Origin: a virus
Length of the DNA stretch: 64,000 bases
Direction: 5' to 3' (one strand)
IMG/VR virus record: IMGVR_UViG_3300027974_000023
Span: 32,001 to 96,000 of that record
The position numbers and the translations under genes were made by a program. Below the pieces are notes generated by a model. The model saw nothing but the letters and a program-made list of their open reading frames with translations, was not told the DNA's origin and searched no databases. The number at the start of each line of letters is the position of its first letter. The stretch's first letter is position 1. This document shows, in pieces, positions 19,553 to 30,213 of the stretch.

Positions 19553-21382
19553 TTAATCTTTAACAAGTCTGACAGAGTGACCCCAGTTTTTTCCATAGGA
19601 GCCTCTAAATAAATTAGGATTTGTATTATCTAAATCATAACTTCCTGCATCAAGAGTATCAACTTCTGTAGAAGTCCACCAACGAGTAACTTTCCCAATA
19701 TTTGAAAAATTTCCACCATTTACACGGTAACCTGCTGGAAGTGCTGTAAATCCTGATTCATTTGTGGCAGCGGTATTGGGAGCAATCCAATAACTTAAAC
19801 CTATTTCTTTCATCTTACCTCCTGCTACTGAATCGCCACCTAAATAAGTTGATAATGTAGCAACTTCACCATCGGTAGGAATATGATAACCTACTGGTGA
19901 AAGACCTCTAGGATCGTTTACAGCATACCAGTTATATAATTTACCATATAAAGGTTCAGTTAAAGGATCATTATTATAGTAACACCAAGCACCTGTTGTT
20001 AATGATGCCCACGCAGTAGGATCAGTAACCTGAGGAATTACATCTCCGTTTCTGTATGTTGTTATACCTAAATTACATCTAGTCCATACTTGAGATCCAA
20101 TAGTAACATCATCAGCACATGTTGGATCTTTTACAGCTCTAACTGATAAACCAAATTTTTTAGAATTATTAGTGCTATAAGCTTCATTTGTATTATAATT
20201 CAAATTACCATACCATGCATTATTTACACTTTCTTCTGCAGTAGTCCACCAATAAGCAAGATAACCAGAATAAAGATAATCACCATTTTGTGTACGTTCT
20301 CCAGCCGGTAATGCTGTGAAAAAACTTGAATTAGTTGGAGGATCAATAGAAGCATATTGCCAATATGAAGCATTTATTTCTGTAACACAAGTTCTATCCA
20401 ATGAACCAATTTGTTTCAATGCTATTCCTGCAGTTGCATTTCCACCTACTGTATCAATTAAAGTTTGCCATTCATAACGTGTTGGTATATGATATCCTTC
20501 TGGAGTTAAACCTCTAGAATCATTAATTGCATACCAATTGTATAACTTACCAAATGCAGGTTCAGTATCTGGATTATTGTCATAGTAACACCAAGCACCC
20601 GTAGTCAAAGCAGCCCATTCAACCGGATCTTCCACATAAGGAATAGGATCACCATTCTTATATGTTGTTACACCTAAATTACATTGATTCCAAGTTTGAT
20701 CACCAATAACTACATCACCTGAACACATTGGAGGAATCTCAAAAGGTGTTAAAGGATGATCAGCTGTAGCAGTCATAAGTTTTTTAACAAGTTGCATTAG
20801 ATCCCCTAAAACAGTTCTATATTCTAAATAGTGATTATAATCAGGTGCTTGATAATCTGTAAAATCTACTGTATATGTATATATTATACCTGTTGATTGC
20901 GGTGAAGTTTCAATAAGTTGAGTAAAAGAATGAATACCTGTAAGTTTATTAGGATCAGTATTAAGTTTAAATGAGTTTCTAATTTGCATTTTCTTTGCTT
21001 GAAATGCAATATCTTTCATGTAAAACCCATCAGTTTGATTATAGAATAAATTACATAATTTATTGTATTCATCACGTGGAATACACCTTTCATTTAAAAC
21101 TTGTGGAATAATTATTTCTCCAGTTACAGGATCTTGATAATCAGCTTCTCTATAAAAAGCAATTGAAGCTGTAAAATATTCTATAACTGCTTTTGCCCAT
21201 ACATCATGTGTTGCATTAGCAGTTGTAAACATATCACCATTTCCTGTCATATCTGGAGCTGCTGTATTTTCAGTACAAGTGTTTCCTACAGCACCATAAT
21301 AATAACAATAATCATCTAAATCAAAAGAACAAACTCTTGGTCTTTGATTATTCCAAATTTCTATATTCTTAATAAATCCCAT
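19553..21382 (-). CDS. Fibre/receptor-binding protein with two FISUMP (Fibrobacter succinogenes major paralogous) domains
   Basis: Two copies of IG.Q.W...NL....Y.NGD.IP...GAWCYY...GKLYNWYA...GYHIPT...G.SVR.VKD. Confidence 0.85.
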   Translation of the reverse strand: MGFIKNIEIWNNQRPRVCSFDLDDYCYYYGAVGNTCTENTAAPDMTGNGDMFTTANATHDVWAKAVIEYFTASIAFYREADYQDPVTGEIIIPQVLNERCIPRDEYNKLCNLFYNQTDGFYMKDIAFQAKKMQIRNSFKLNTDPNKLTGIHSFTQLIETSPQSTGIIYTYTVDFTDYQAPDYNHYLEYRTVLGDLMQLVKKLMTATADHPLTPFEIPPMCSGDVVIGDQTWNQCNLGVTTYKNGDPIPYVEDPVEWAALTTGAWCYYDNNPDTEPAFGKLYNWYAINDSRGLTPEGYHIPTRYEWQTLIDTVGGNATAGIALKQIGSLDRTCVTEINASYWQYASIDPPTNSSFFTALPAGERTQNGDYLYSGYLAYWWTTAEESVNNAWYGNLNYNTNEAYSTNNSKKFGLSVRAVKDPTCADDVTIGSQVWTRCNLGITTYRNGDVIPQVTDPTAWASLTTGAWCYYNNDPLTEPLYGKLYNWYAVNDPRGLSPVGYHIPTDGEVATLSTYLGGDSVAGGKMKEIGLSYWIAPNTAATNESGFTALPAGYRVNGGNFSNIGKVTRWWTSTEVDTLDAGSYDLDNTNPNLFRGSYGKNWGHSVRLVKD

Positions 21383-21383
21383 C

Positions 21384-22736
21384 TTAAACTGTAAATTTTA
21401 ATTCATATTTGTATCTGTGAAATAGTGCATAATCATTAGCCCATACAAAAGGTGTATTTGCTAAAATAAATTCATCAAGTGCTTTGTACCATGCATCTCT
21501 TCTTGCTCTAGTATCAACATTTAAGTCACTTATTATACCACCTAATGTTGCACTCCACATATTTGTGACTGGATCCCATGCATATTCACTAAAGTATGTT
21601 GGATCTAACGGGTCAGTTGCCCATTTTACTAATTGACCAGGTTGTCCAGTAGGGGGTGTATTACCAAAAGGTACTGCAAGAATCCAATAAAACTTAGCTC
21701 CTGTATTTACATTAATAGTAGGAAATCTTTGTGCTAATGTTTGATTATTCAATTGAGGCCAAGGAATTTCTGACCAAATTCTAAATGAACATTCCGGACA
21801 TCCCCATAAAACATTATAATTTTGTAAACCACCTTTGTATAGCACTAATTGATCACCTATATTACCTTGTTGCCATTGTGTGTAATTTAGAGCTTCATCA
21901 GGTACAGGAGTACCTACATACTCATTCATTAAGTTTTCATTTGTGTTTTTAAGAAACTCATCTCTATTTCTTCTATAATTTGAAGCAGCACCTTCATAAC
22001 CCGGTTCAAAACATTCCATACAACACATGTTTTTTATTTCAGTACATGTTGGCATATATAATGGATCATCCATAAAGTCTAGTGGTGTATTGGCAAATTT
22101 AGTTTTTTTACCATTATTTTTAAAATTTCTTCCTCCTAAAAATGCTTGTCTTGGTTGAGGTGTATCAACTATCATTGAATAACAATCTGATGCATATACA
22201 AAATGAACTACTTCTTTACATCCATTTGCATCTATAACTGTTAATTGAACATTGGTTACTTTTATATTTTTATCTATATTACCTGTCATAATAGAGTTAG
22301 CGGCAATACATGTTAATGTTAAAGTAGGTAATGTTGTAGAACCAGAAATGAAATGACCAACAAATTCTCCTTGAGCAATGTCCCATTGATAAGTATACGG
22401 TGCTAGTCCATTTGTAATTTCTGTTGATAAAGATGGACCATCTACTTCTTCATCATTTGTAATTATATTTACATTTAATTCACATTTTTTGCATATTAAA
22501 TCTAACACACTTTGTAATGCATTTTCTAAACTTTCAGAATTATCTACTACGCTAAATGTAGTACCGCAGTACATAATATCTCCAGCAGTATATTGTATAC
22601 ATGCTGTGTCAAGTATCTCAGAACAAATATAATCTTCTGGACAAGTTCCAGGATCAGGACATATTGTATATGATTTAGGTGTATAGTTTAAAACTACTTT
22701 TTTATTACTACCACCACAGTTTCTACAAATTGGCAT
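21384..22736 (-). CDS. Cys-rich putative tail fibre/adaptor with SprB/PKD-like Ig repeat
   Basis: DTACIQYT N-terminal module. G.APYTYQW...LTVIDANGC Ig-like repeat. Confidence 0.5.
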   Translation of the reverse strand: MPICRNCGGSNKKVVLNYTPKSYTICPDPGTCPEDYICSEILDTACIQYTAGDIMYCGTTFSVVDNSESLENALQSVLDLICKKCELNVNIITNDEEVDGPSLSTEITNGLAPYTYQWDIAQGEFVGHFISGSTTLPTLTLTCIAANSIMTGNIDKNIKVTNVQLTVIDANGCKEVVHFVYASDCYSMIVDTPQPRQAFLGGRNFKNNGKKTKFANTPLDFMDDPLYMPTCTEIKNMCCMECFEPGYEGAASNYRRNRDEFLKNTNENLMNEYVGTPVPDEALNYTQWQQGNIGDQLVLYKGGLQNYNVLWGCPECSFRIWSEIPWPQLNNQTLAQRFPTINVNTGAKFYWILAVPFGNTPPTGQPGQLVKWATDPLDPTYFSEYAWDPVTNMWSATLGGIISDLNVDTRARRDAWYKALDEFILANTPFVWANDYALFHRYKYELKFTV

Positions 22737-22738
22737 AG

Positions 22739-23290
22739 TTAATCTAAATTAGTAAGTGTATAATATATTGTTTTCTTAATACCATTAGCATCAGTAACAT
22801 CTAATCTTATATGTGACATATACACAGCTCCCGTAGCACCACTGATACCACCTACTTGTAAAGAGTTACCAGGTATAGGAAGTAAAGTAACACTTGAAAA
22901 AGTATATTCATTATTTTGTATTTCATGGCAAACAAAGGCACCTTGTGATATTGACCATAAATATTGATATGGGCCTTGACCACCTGATACTGTTGCAGAT
23001 AAACCGTAACCCTGATTATTAATTATAATATTTATACCATCTCCTTTTAAAGAACAAACTTCATCAACAAGGTTTTGTAATATATCTTGTAAATTTGTAT
23101 TAGTAGCAACAACAGTAGTGTTACCACATTTAAGATCTAGTCCTGTATATATAACACATGAGGAATCAAATGTGTCTTCACATTTTTGAGGTGAAGGACA
23201 TATAGCAGGATCTGAGCATGGTGCTACCGGTAAGAAAGTATCCTTGCATCCGCAATCTTGGCATCCACAATCTTTACATTTATTTTCCAT
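22739..23290 (-). CDS. Cys-rich putative fibre adaptor, paralogue of the 21384 N-terminus
   Basis: DSSCVIYTG module and GG.GPYQYLW...VTDANG repeat. Confidence 0.5.
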   Translation of the reverse strand: MENKCKDCGCQDCGCKDTFLPVAPCSDPAICPSPQKCEDTFDSSCVIYTGLDLKCGNTTVVATNTNLQDILQNLVDEVCSLKGDGINIIINNQGYGLSATVSGGQGPYQYLWSISQGAFVCHEIQNNEYTFSSVTLLPIPGNSLQVGGISGATGAVYMSHIRLDVTDANGIKKTIYYTLTNLD

Positions 23291-23322
23291 TATGTTTAAT
23301 TATTTATATTATACAATTTCAT

Positions 23323-24963
23323 CTAATCTTTTATAAGTCTTACAGAAAATCCAGCTGTTTTAAGATAGGGGCTTCTGTTTATCTGACCACTGTAACTGTA
23401 AATGAAGTGGCTCCAAGCACTGACCGTATTTAAACTGTAATTTGTAGAAGTCCACCACATACCGACTTCATTCATGTTACTATTAAAATTTCCAGTATCA
23501 AAACGGAGTGAACCCCCAAGAGCAGTAAAACACACGCTATTTATTGCACCTGTATTAGGAGAATTCCAATGTGTATTTCCAATCTCTTTCAATTCGCCCC
23601 CTGCAACAGTTGTTCCACCTACATAATTTATTAAAACCGTCCATTCATCATCTGTCGCTACGTGATAACCAGTAGGGGCTAATCCGCGAGGATCATTAAC
23701 AGCATACCAGTTATATAATTTTCCATATACGGCATTATTTGCAGGATCATTATCGTAGTAACACCATGCACCAGTAGTTAAAGCAGCCCACGCAGTAGGA
23801 TCCGTCACTTCAGGTATGGGGTCTCCATTTCTGTAAGTTGTAACATCTAAGTTTTTACAAGTCCAAGTTTGTGTTCCAATAACAACTTCTCCAGTAATAC
23901 AAGCACAAGGATCTGGTGTACCGCCACAAGGATAACTAAGATCAAGTGTACATTGTGGTGCTCCATAACATTCTGTAAACGTATAACCGCTTGGACAGGA
24001 ATAGGTTATTCCTGTACTACCTGCCTGAGGTAATCTAATTGGAGGATCTACAATTAAATCTTTTGTTTTGAACATTATATAAGGCTCAAGATCATCAACA
24101 GTTGCTGTACTTGAAGCCATTAAATTTTGTAAATCTAAAACAGGTATATCATAAACTTCAGCAGCAAACCCGTATAAATCAAAAAAGTTATAACCAGATA
24201 ATTCAAAAACATGATCCCCTACAGGTAGATTTATAGGAAACATATGCCAATAATTAAAAGGTCCTGTATTTGATGGATCTGGAGGAGTTCCTGAAGAACT
24301 AGGTGAAGCCCAAAGATTAACTAAATTTAAACTTGTTACACCTCCCTGAAATGTTGTTGATGTTATACCAGCCTTTACTTGATTATCTCCAGCTAATGCA
24401 AAAATATAAGTTTTATCTTGTGTAATTGTAATACAAAATCTAAGAGTAAACCATGTATTAAATGGATAATCAGTTCCCCATAGTGAATTATAATTCAATC
24501 TACCTCCTGTAGTTGTACCATTTGAATTAAATATTTGGTTACCAGCTACAGATAATGTAGGCGAATATGTTAGACCAGTACCTGCAGCATCTTTAACTAT
24601 ATATGTAGGACTACTGTAGCCATTGATTGGAAACGTAGCTCCTGTAATATTTGGATATAGTGCTCCACCAAGATTTCCATATACAACGGCTTTATTACCT
24701 ACAATAATAGGATAAAATGTACCACCACTTGCTGTAGCAGGAATTCTTTCTACTTTTTCACATATATTAGTTAATGTGTTTAATGTATAACCTTCTGCAC
24801 AGCTACAGCATACAATTTCACACCATTCAGTACCTGTCCAATATTTTGTTACACAATTTGCAGGATCAAGTAATTGCCAATTATCATTTGCATTTCTTAT
24901 ATGAACATTGCAATCACATATATCTACCCAATTAGAACCATTAAATACTTTATATTTTCCCAT
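23323..24963 (-). CDS. Fibre protein with C-terminal FISUMP domain
   Basis: C-terminal IGTQTWTCKNL...GKLYNWYAV...GFSVRLIKD. Central beta-rich domain flanked by C.EGY/CPSGY linkers. Confidence 0.8.
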   Translation of the reverse strand: MGKYKVFNGSNWVDICDCNVHIRNANDNWQLLDPANCVTKYWTGTEWCEIVCCSCAEGYTLNTLTNICEKVERIPATASGGTFYPIIVGNKAVVYGNLGGALYPNITGATFPINGYSSPTYIVKDAAGTGLTYSPTLSVAGNQIFNSNGTTTGGRLNYNSLWGTDYPFNTWFTLRFCITITQDKTYIFALAGDNQVKAGITSTTFQGGVTSLNLVNLWASPSSSGTPPDPSNTGPFNYWHMFPINLPVGDHVFELSGYNFFDLYGFAAEVYDIPVLDLQNLMASSTATVDDLEPYIMFKTKDLIVDPPIRLPQAGSTGITYSCPSGYTFTECYGAPQCTLDLSYPCGGTPDPCACITGEVVIGTQTWTCKNLDVTTYRNGDPIPEVTDPTAWAALTTGAWCYYDNDPANNAVYGKLYNWYAVNDPRGLAPTGYHVATDDEWTVLINYVGGTTVAGGELKEIGNTHWNSPNTGAINSVCFTALGGSLRFDTGNFNSNMNEVGMWWTSTNYSLNTVSAWSHFIYSYSGQINRSPYLKTAGFSVRLIKD

Positions 24964-24976
24964 TTTTAGTTATTTA

Positions 24977-26086
24977 TTACACACATGGTTCAATCCAAAT
25001 ATCACCAGGTAATATTTGATTGTTTCCAGGTATAAAGTTAACAGTAAATCCTTCTTTACCTGCATAATTAGCATCAAAATTTGCTTGAGTTGGTGCAATT
25101 GATTGTGAAAATACAGCAATACCTCTACCTGATTTACCAGCTCCTGGATCAACACTTATTGAAAATGAAATTTCAGGACCGCATGTTCCAGGAGTTGTTG
25201 TTGGTGTAACAGTAACATTAGAACTACCAGAAACTACGTTATATCTTTTATAGGCATCTCTGATATCTTTAACAGTGAACCATAAATCAATAAAACTCTG
25301 ACTTAAATTTTGTGGTGTATTAACCCATATTGTACTAAACAATTGATTTAATGTTAATGCACAATTAGATAAAGAACCATCCGTACCATTAATTGGTTGT
25401 AAATTGTAAGCCTGTTGAATAACTGCAGGTTGTCCTGTAGAAGAAACTAATGCACAGTATCCATGATCAAGATCATTAATAAGTGCGTCAAGAACAAAAT
25501 TTAATGGAGCTGAAACACCTCCAGGAATACTAGGAGATAAAGTACAAATAGGTGTAACTGGAGGAAGTACATATGGAGGATTAGGAGGAACAGATTCTAA
25601 TTCAATCACTCTATTTGTTAAATTTGTAATTGAATTATTAATTGTTGCAATACTACTTAAGATTGAACAAACTGTGTTACCAATTAATTGAACATAGTCC
25701 AACAATTTCATTGTTGTTTGGCCACCTGTTTGTAAACAAGTAGCAACCGGTACAATACAATTTGTAGGACATGAACTATTTCCACGAGTAGGAAATGCAC
25801 TAGGTGTTGGTACATTATTTAACTCACATATCTTATCAATTAATATTTGAAGTAATTGATTAATATTAGTTGGTGTACCAGTTGTAATATCTAAACAAGA
25901 TAAATCAAGTGTAGAAATATTAACTTGATCAAGAATAGTACACAATTGTGTTGCTAATGCATATACTACATCTGTAACAGTATCACCTGTACATAACTTT
26001 ATACAAGAAATATTTGGGCCTTGCCAAATAATACAGTTACTTGATACTGGACTGCAAGGACTATTATCTAAATTAAGTGGTTTCAT
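24977..26086 (-). CDS. Cys-rich putative tail fibre protein
   Basis: Start MKPLNL downstream of a TATATTA motif. SSNCIIWQG module, short coiled coil, C-terminal GDIWI. Confidence 0.5.
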   Translation of the reverse strand: MKPLNLDNSPCSPVSSNCIIWQGPNISCIKLCTGDTVTDVVYALATQLCTILDQVNISTLDLSCLDITTGTPTNINQLLQILIDKICELNNVPTPSAFPTRGNSSCPTNCIVPVATCLQTGGQTTMKLLDYVQLIGNTVCSILSSIATINNSITNLTNRVIELESVPPNPPYVLPPVTPICTLSPSIPGGVSAPLNFVLDALINDLDHGYCALVSSTGQPAVIQQAYNLQPINGTDGSLSNCALTLNQLFSTIWVNTPQNLSQSFIDLWFTVKDIRDAYKRYNVVSGSSNVTVTPTTTPGTCGPEISFSISVDPGAGKSGRGIAVFSQSIAPTQANFDANYAGKEGFTVNFIPGNNQILPGDIWIEPCV

Positions 26087-26117
26087 ATCTTTACTTCTTA
26101 GTTTAATATACAAAATA

Positions 26118-27692
26118 TTATTGACTTATACAATTTCCACAACTACATTGTGAAGGTGTACAACAAGACAAAGGCTCAGTACAATTGAAATTTGGATCAT
26201 GTAATGATTGCAAATCAATTACTTCTTTTTTAAGGATTAAGTTTTCATCATCTTCCGAACAACAGTTGCTTATACCATATCTTTGTTGTAAAACTTGTTT
26301 GTATAATACTTCTGCTGTTGCACATGTAATTCTTTCAAATTTTTCAGTATTACAATTAGGTGTGGTATAACCTGGTTTCATCATTCTACCAGTTATATCT
26401 ATTGGACATACTTTATCTGAAATATTGTTAGGATCTTCTATACATTCACCATACTCATTTACTATATCTGTGGCAGGATGTTTTAAAATCCATTGATTAA
26501 CACAATTCTTAGTACTTGATGCTCCGGAAGCTAATGTAAAAGATTGTTGCATGCCTGAACAATCTTTATATGTATAATTTAATGTTTCTGTTGTTGTATT
26601 TTTAATTTTTGTACAAATACATCCTGAAACAGTTAAACATGTTGGACAATCTTCAAACTGTTTACTTATAGATACCCCTACAGCATTTTCATAATCTGGA
26701 GTAGGAGAGCTTTGAATTGACCAACAACTTGAAAATCCTGCAAGTTTTACAATACTGTTTTCATATACTGTTAAATCTGTATATGTAGTAATTGGTGCTA
26801 AGTCACCAGCACAATCATATAATACCCAGTATGCTCTTGAACATTGATCACATGAATCATATACATGTTCAATTACAAAAGGTTGTGTTTGTGGTGGCTT
26901 AAAATCTATTTCTTCAAGATACCAACAGTCTCCACAATCAAGTGAAACTGTTTTACCAACATATGCTGATAAATCTTCTTCAGAATATTTTTTTAATGAT
27001 TCATTTTCACAATTTGTAAGGGTATAAGCTACAATAGGTAAACATGTTTCACAACTACTGTATATAAGATTTATACTTACATCTTCAAAACATATACATT
27101 CAATACCTACTGCTACGGTCCAGCACCCATCAAATTCATTTAATGTTATTGTACTTTGATTAGCATATGCTGAAAATAAACTTTGATTATTAGAATTGAT
27201 AATTTGACCTGTTGCACAGTTCGTCAATACATAACATGAAATTTCACAACCAATTCCTGATGAACAGTTAGGATTAATTTCAGTTATTACCGGAGTAGCT
27301 ATTGAAGTAAATGGTTTTGACTTAGTACATATTTTAGCTGGTAAAGATGTAGTATCTTCTATGTTATCATAGTTAATGTATGTTACATAACCATTTCCAC
27401 CACCAACAGCAATACAATGTGTTTCACAGTCACCACATGCAGTTCCTATATAAAAAGCATTATTATGTACTATTCCATAAGCAGGAGGAGTACCTGAAAA
27501 TAACTGTACGTTAAAGCAACCTAAGTAATCAGTTCCTCCATTATCAAGTGCTACTTCAATTACTGTGTTTACATATTGACCAAATAAATCTACCTGTGTA
27601 AAAAATACAGATTGTGAAATATCATTAATACAAGGATATAAAATATACCACTGATTACCTATTGGCTCAACTGTATTTACATTATCATTCAT
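26118..27692 (-). CDS. Cys-rich repeat structural protein (tail hub B-like C-terminus)
   Basis: About four ~70-aa Y.L..C...CW...C..C repeats. Helical C-terminus with RYGISNCC. Confidence 0.5.
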   Translation of the reverse strand: MNDNVNTVEPIGNQWYILYPCINDISQSVFFTQVDLFGQYVNTVIEVALDNGGTDYLGCFNVQLFSGTPPAYGIVHNNAFYIGTACGDCETHCIAVGGGNGYVTYINYDNIEDTTSLPAKICTKSKPFTSIATPVITEINPNCSSGIGCEISCYVLTNCATGQIINSNNQSLFSAYANQSTITLNEFDGCWTVAVGIECICFEDVSINLIYSSCETCLPIVAYTLTNCENESLKKYSEEDLSAYVGKTVSLDCGDCWYLEEIDFKPPQTQPFVIEHVYDSCDQCSRAYWVLYDCAGDLAPITTYTDLTVYENSIVKLAGFSSCWSIQSSPTPDYENAVGVSISKQFEDCPTCLTVSGCICTKIKNTTTETLNYTYKDCSGMQQSFTLASGASSTKNCVNQWILKHPATDIVNEYGECIEDPNNISDKVCPIDITGRMMKPGYTTPNCNTEKFERITCATAEVLYKQVLQQRYGISNCCSEDDENLILKKEVIDLQSLHDPNFNCTEPLSCCTPSQCSCGNCISQ

Positions 27693-27702
27693 AGTTTAAT
27701 AT

Positions 27703-27897
27703 TTATTTATTAGCTGTAAATCTATCTGATCCCCAGATATTTTTATTTGTAGTGTTTGTTGCAGAACTAACAGGTTTATTATTTCTTAAACCTTTTTCAT
27801 AAAGACTTAAACAATTTGCACAACATGATTTTCCATCACTTGCTGTTTTCTTTTGACATCCACAAGATAGTCTTGCATTACAATTATTACAATTCAT
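27703..27897 (-). CDS. Small Cys-rich (zinc-binding-like) protein
   Basis: CNNC...CGC...CCANC. Well spaced in the operon. Confidence 0.6.
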   Translation of the reverse strand: MNCNNCNARLSCGCQKKTASDGKSCCANCLSLYEKGLRNNKPVSSATNTTNKNIWGSDRFTANK

Positions 27898-27915
27898 TTT
27901 GGTTGGTTTTTAAGG

Positions 27916-28485
27916 TTAACAATTATTACATTCAAATTTATTCAAAAGTTTTAATGCATAGTTATATAAACTCATTCCTTTTTGAGATTCATGACAAAAT
28001 TCTACTTTTGATTTTGCAGATTCTAAATACATCTTTATTAATCTTAGCTTCTCTAATTTCTCCTTAATCTTTGCTGGAGGATCACATGCTGCTAAATCAA
28101 CATTACATAAAATCTTATAATACTTATTCAATGCTTGAGAAATTCTTAAATGATTATACTCAGCAAATACTAAATTATTTGGTGAAACACTATATTTAAT
28201 TGCATAAATACCATCAGGTATATTTGCTAACTGTGTACCACAATTTTCTTTTTGTAATCCTAGATCACATGCTGTTATATTAATATGCCCAGTTTCAACA
28301 AAGTCTAACATTCTGTTTCCAATAAGTTCTACTGAGGTACTGAAGCCAGGAACTGTAATTGTTAATGTAGGACATACAATAGGGATATTAGGAGATGATG
28401 TTTGATACACACTAGTATCAAATATTTTCATTACACAGGTATTTGTTACTGTAGGTACTTCTAAACTTAATACATGATTTGCCAT
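27916..28485 (-). CDS. Putative tail hub A-like structural protein
   Basis: DTSVY and PDGIY.IKYSV motifs. Synteny after the auxiliary capsid protein. Confidence 0.5.
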   Translation of the reverse strand: MANHVLSLEVPTVTNTCVMKIFDTSVYQTSSPNIPIVCPTLTITVPGFSTSVELIGNRMLDFVETGHINITACDLGLQKENCGTQLANIPDGIYAIKYSVSPNNLVFAEYNHLRISQALNKYYKILCNVDLAACDPPAKIKEKLEKLRLIKMYLESAKSKVEFCHESQKGMSLYNYALKLLNKFECNNC

Positions 28486-28500
28486 AGCTTTATTAAAATA

Positions 28501-28539
28501 AAAAAAGGAGAGAAGAGTTTGAAACTCTCACTCTCCTTT
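28501..28539 (-). terminator. Intrinsic terminator
   Basis: AAAGGAGAG...CTCTCCTTT hairpin with poly-U on the minus strand, after the 528-aa gene. Confidence 0.85.
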
Positions 28540-28560
28540 AAAGTTATTAAATTTTTGTTA

Positions 28561-30147
28561 TTAAACTGTTTCTGGAATCTCAATAACTGGAGTACAATCA
28601 GTACCACAAGCAAAAGTTTCTAGATCACCACAGTTACCACCACAACCATTCAACCAGTCATTTACAAATTCTGCAAATAATTGTCCTTGTCCACCATCTG
28701 TTGGAGTAACATCAGATGCAACGATAACTTCTAATAAGTATTGATCATTGTCAAAAGTACTAGATGCATTGTTGAAACGTGGAACATGGTGTTGAATGTA
28801 GAATCTGTTGTAAGAAGCAGATCTGTCAATTGCATTCAAAACTTGGTTTCCTTGAGTGATCTCACGGATACGGAAGTCAGAATGGAAGAAGTTTTGGCTG
28901 TAACGCTCAGAAAGAATCACATCTCTAAGAACTGTTTCACCTAAACCATTTGCTTGTCTTCCTTGACACTCAGTAATCACACACAATCCTTGGAATGCAC
29001 ATGGGTCACCGTTTAAGTCAGTTTCAGAAGCATACAATCTTACTGGCTCTTTTTCATAGAAATCAGAAACTTGGAATGTACAATCACCAAATTTAGTATC
29101 TACATAAGCACCAAATAATGTGATACCTGCATATTGATTAGCAGTATGTCCTGGAGATACATATTTATCCCAAGTACCACCAATTGTGTAACCAGCAGGA
29201 GCAGCTAAAGCAGATGTATCAGTTCCTGGTTTGTACCATAATGTATTATCTTCAGCAGTAACTACTGGATAGATAAATGGAGCAATTAATGGAGAGTCAA
29301 TAATTTGTTGAGCCCATTTGATGTATACTTCAGTAGCATCTACTGCAGTTGGAACAATTGTTCCTTCTGGACAACATCCTGTGTTAGCAGTTAATGTCAA
29401 GTAAGCATTGTGATTCAAGAATCTTAATGCAGGAGAACCTTTAACATCTAAACGTAAGTTATAAGTTTCACCACATAAGAAGTCTTTTTTACAACCATCT
29501 TTAGCACCAGCTGTAGCAACAGTTAATTGAACTTGTGTAACAGGAGATCCATTAGATAATAATTGACCAGCAATAGAAGTTAATACATCACTAGCTAAAT
29601 ATCCAGTACCACCGTTAGCAATTTCTACTACAGTAGCAACACCACCAACAACAGTAACTTTAGCAATAAAACCTGCACCAGCACCACCAGAAAAAGCAAC
29701 ATCATTATAAACACCATCAACGATGTTTGCACCATCATTAGTGATTGTAAGTGTTAATACTTGGTCATCAGTGTATGGAGTATATCCAACATGAATAACA
29801 TTGTTTGATGGAGCACAAGCAGGAGCAAAATAAAATTTGCTTACATACTTAGGATTAATTTCTTTAGACTTGTTAGACTCTTTGTATCCTCCGTGGAAAG
29901 GTCCAATTTTATCTTTTGCATATAATGATCCAGCAGCCAAAATTAATGGGCAACATGCTTGACCAGAATAAGAAGTAGATTGGATTTTCCAATCTTTAGG
30001 GTTTACAAATGCAAATTGACCAGTAGCCAAAATGTTACCTGTAGTTCCCAATACACCTTGATTTAATTCAGTGTAACCTTGCCCCATTGGAGCTGCAGCA
30101 TTTACACCAACAAAGGCTTTTTGAAAGGCATGATTAAAATAACTCAT
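28561..30147 (-). CDS. Putative auxiliary capsid/major structural protein with inserted Gly-rich beta domain
   Basis: Own promoter and terminator, suggesting high expression. Synteny with the crAss auxiliary capsid protein. Insert ITNDGA...GGTGY resembles phage structural repeat domains. Confidence 0.5.
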   Translation of the reverse strand: MSYFNHAFQKAFVGVNAAAPMGQGYTELNQGVLGTTGNILATGQFAFVNPKDWKIQSTSYSGQACCPLILAAGSLYAKDKIGPFHGGYKESNKSKEINPKYVSKFYFAPACAPSNNVIHVGYTPYTDDQVLTLTITNDGANIVDGVYNDVAFSGGAGAGFIAKVTVVGGVATVVEIANGGTGYLASDVLTSIAGQLLSNGSPVTQVQLTVATAGAKDGCKKDFLCGETYNLRLDVKGSPALRFLNHNAYLTLTANTGCCPEGTIVPTAVDATEVYIKWAQQIIDSPLIAPFIYPVVTAEDNTLWYKPGTDTSALAAPAGYTIGGTWDKYVSPGHTANQYAGITLFGAYVDTKFGDCTFQVSDFYEKEPVRLYASETDLNGDPCAFQGLCVITECQGRQANGLGETVLRDVILSERYSQNFFHSDFRIREITQGNQVLNAIDRSASYNRFYIQHHVPRFNNASSTFDNDQYLLEVIVASDVTPTDGGQGQLFAEFVNDWLNGCGGNCGDLETFACGTDCTPVIEIPETV

Positions 30148-30213
30148 TTTGTTTTTGTTTTAGTTAATAAATAAATACTATATAATATAGTAAAAGTTTT
30201 TATAATATCAAAA

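Noticed and set aside
19553-24963. Complete diversity-generating retroelement
   Set aside because: No reverse transcriptase or non-coding template repeat in this window. The repeats are coding paralogues.
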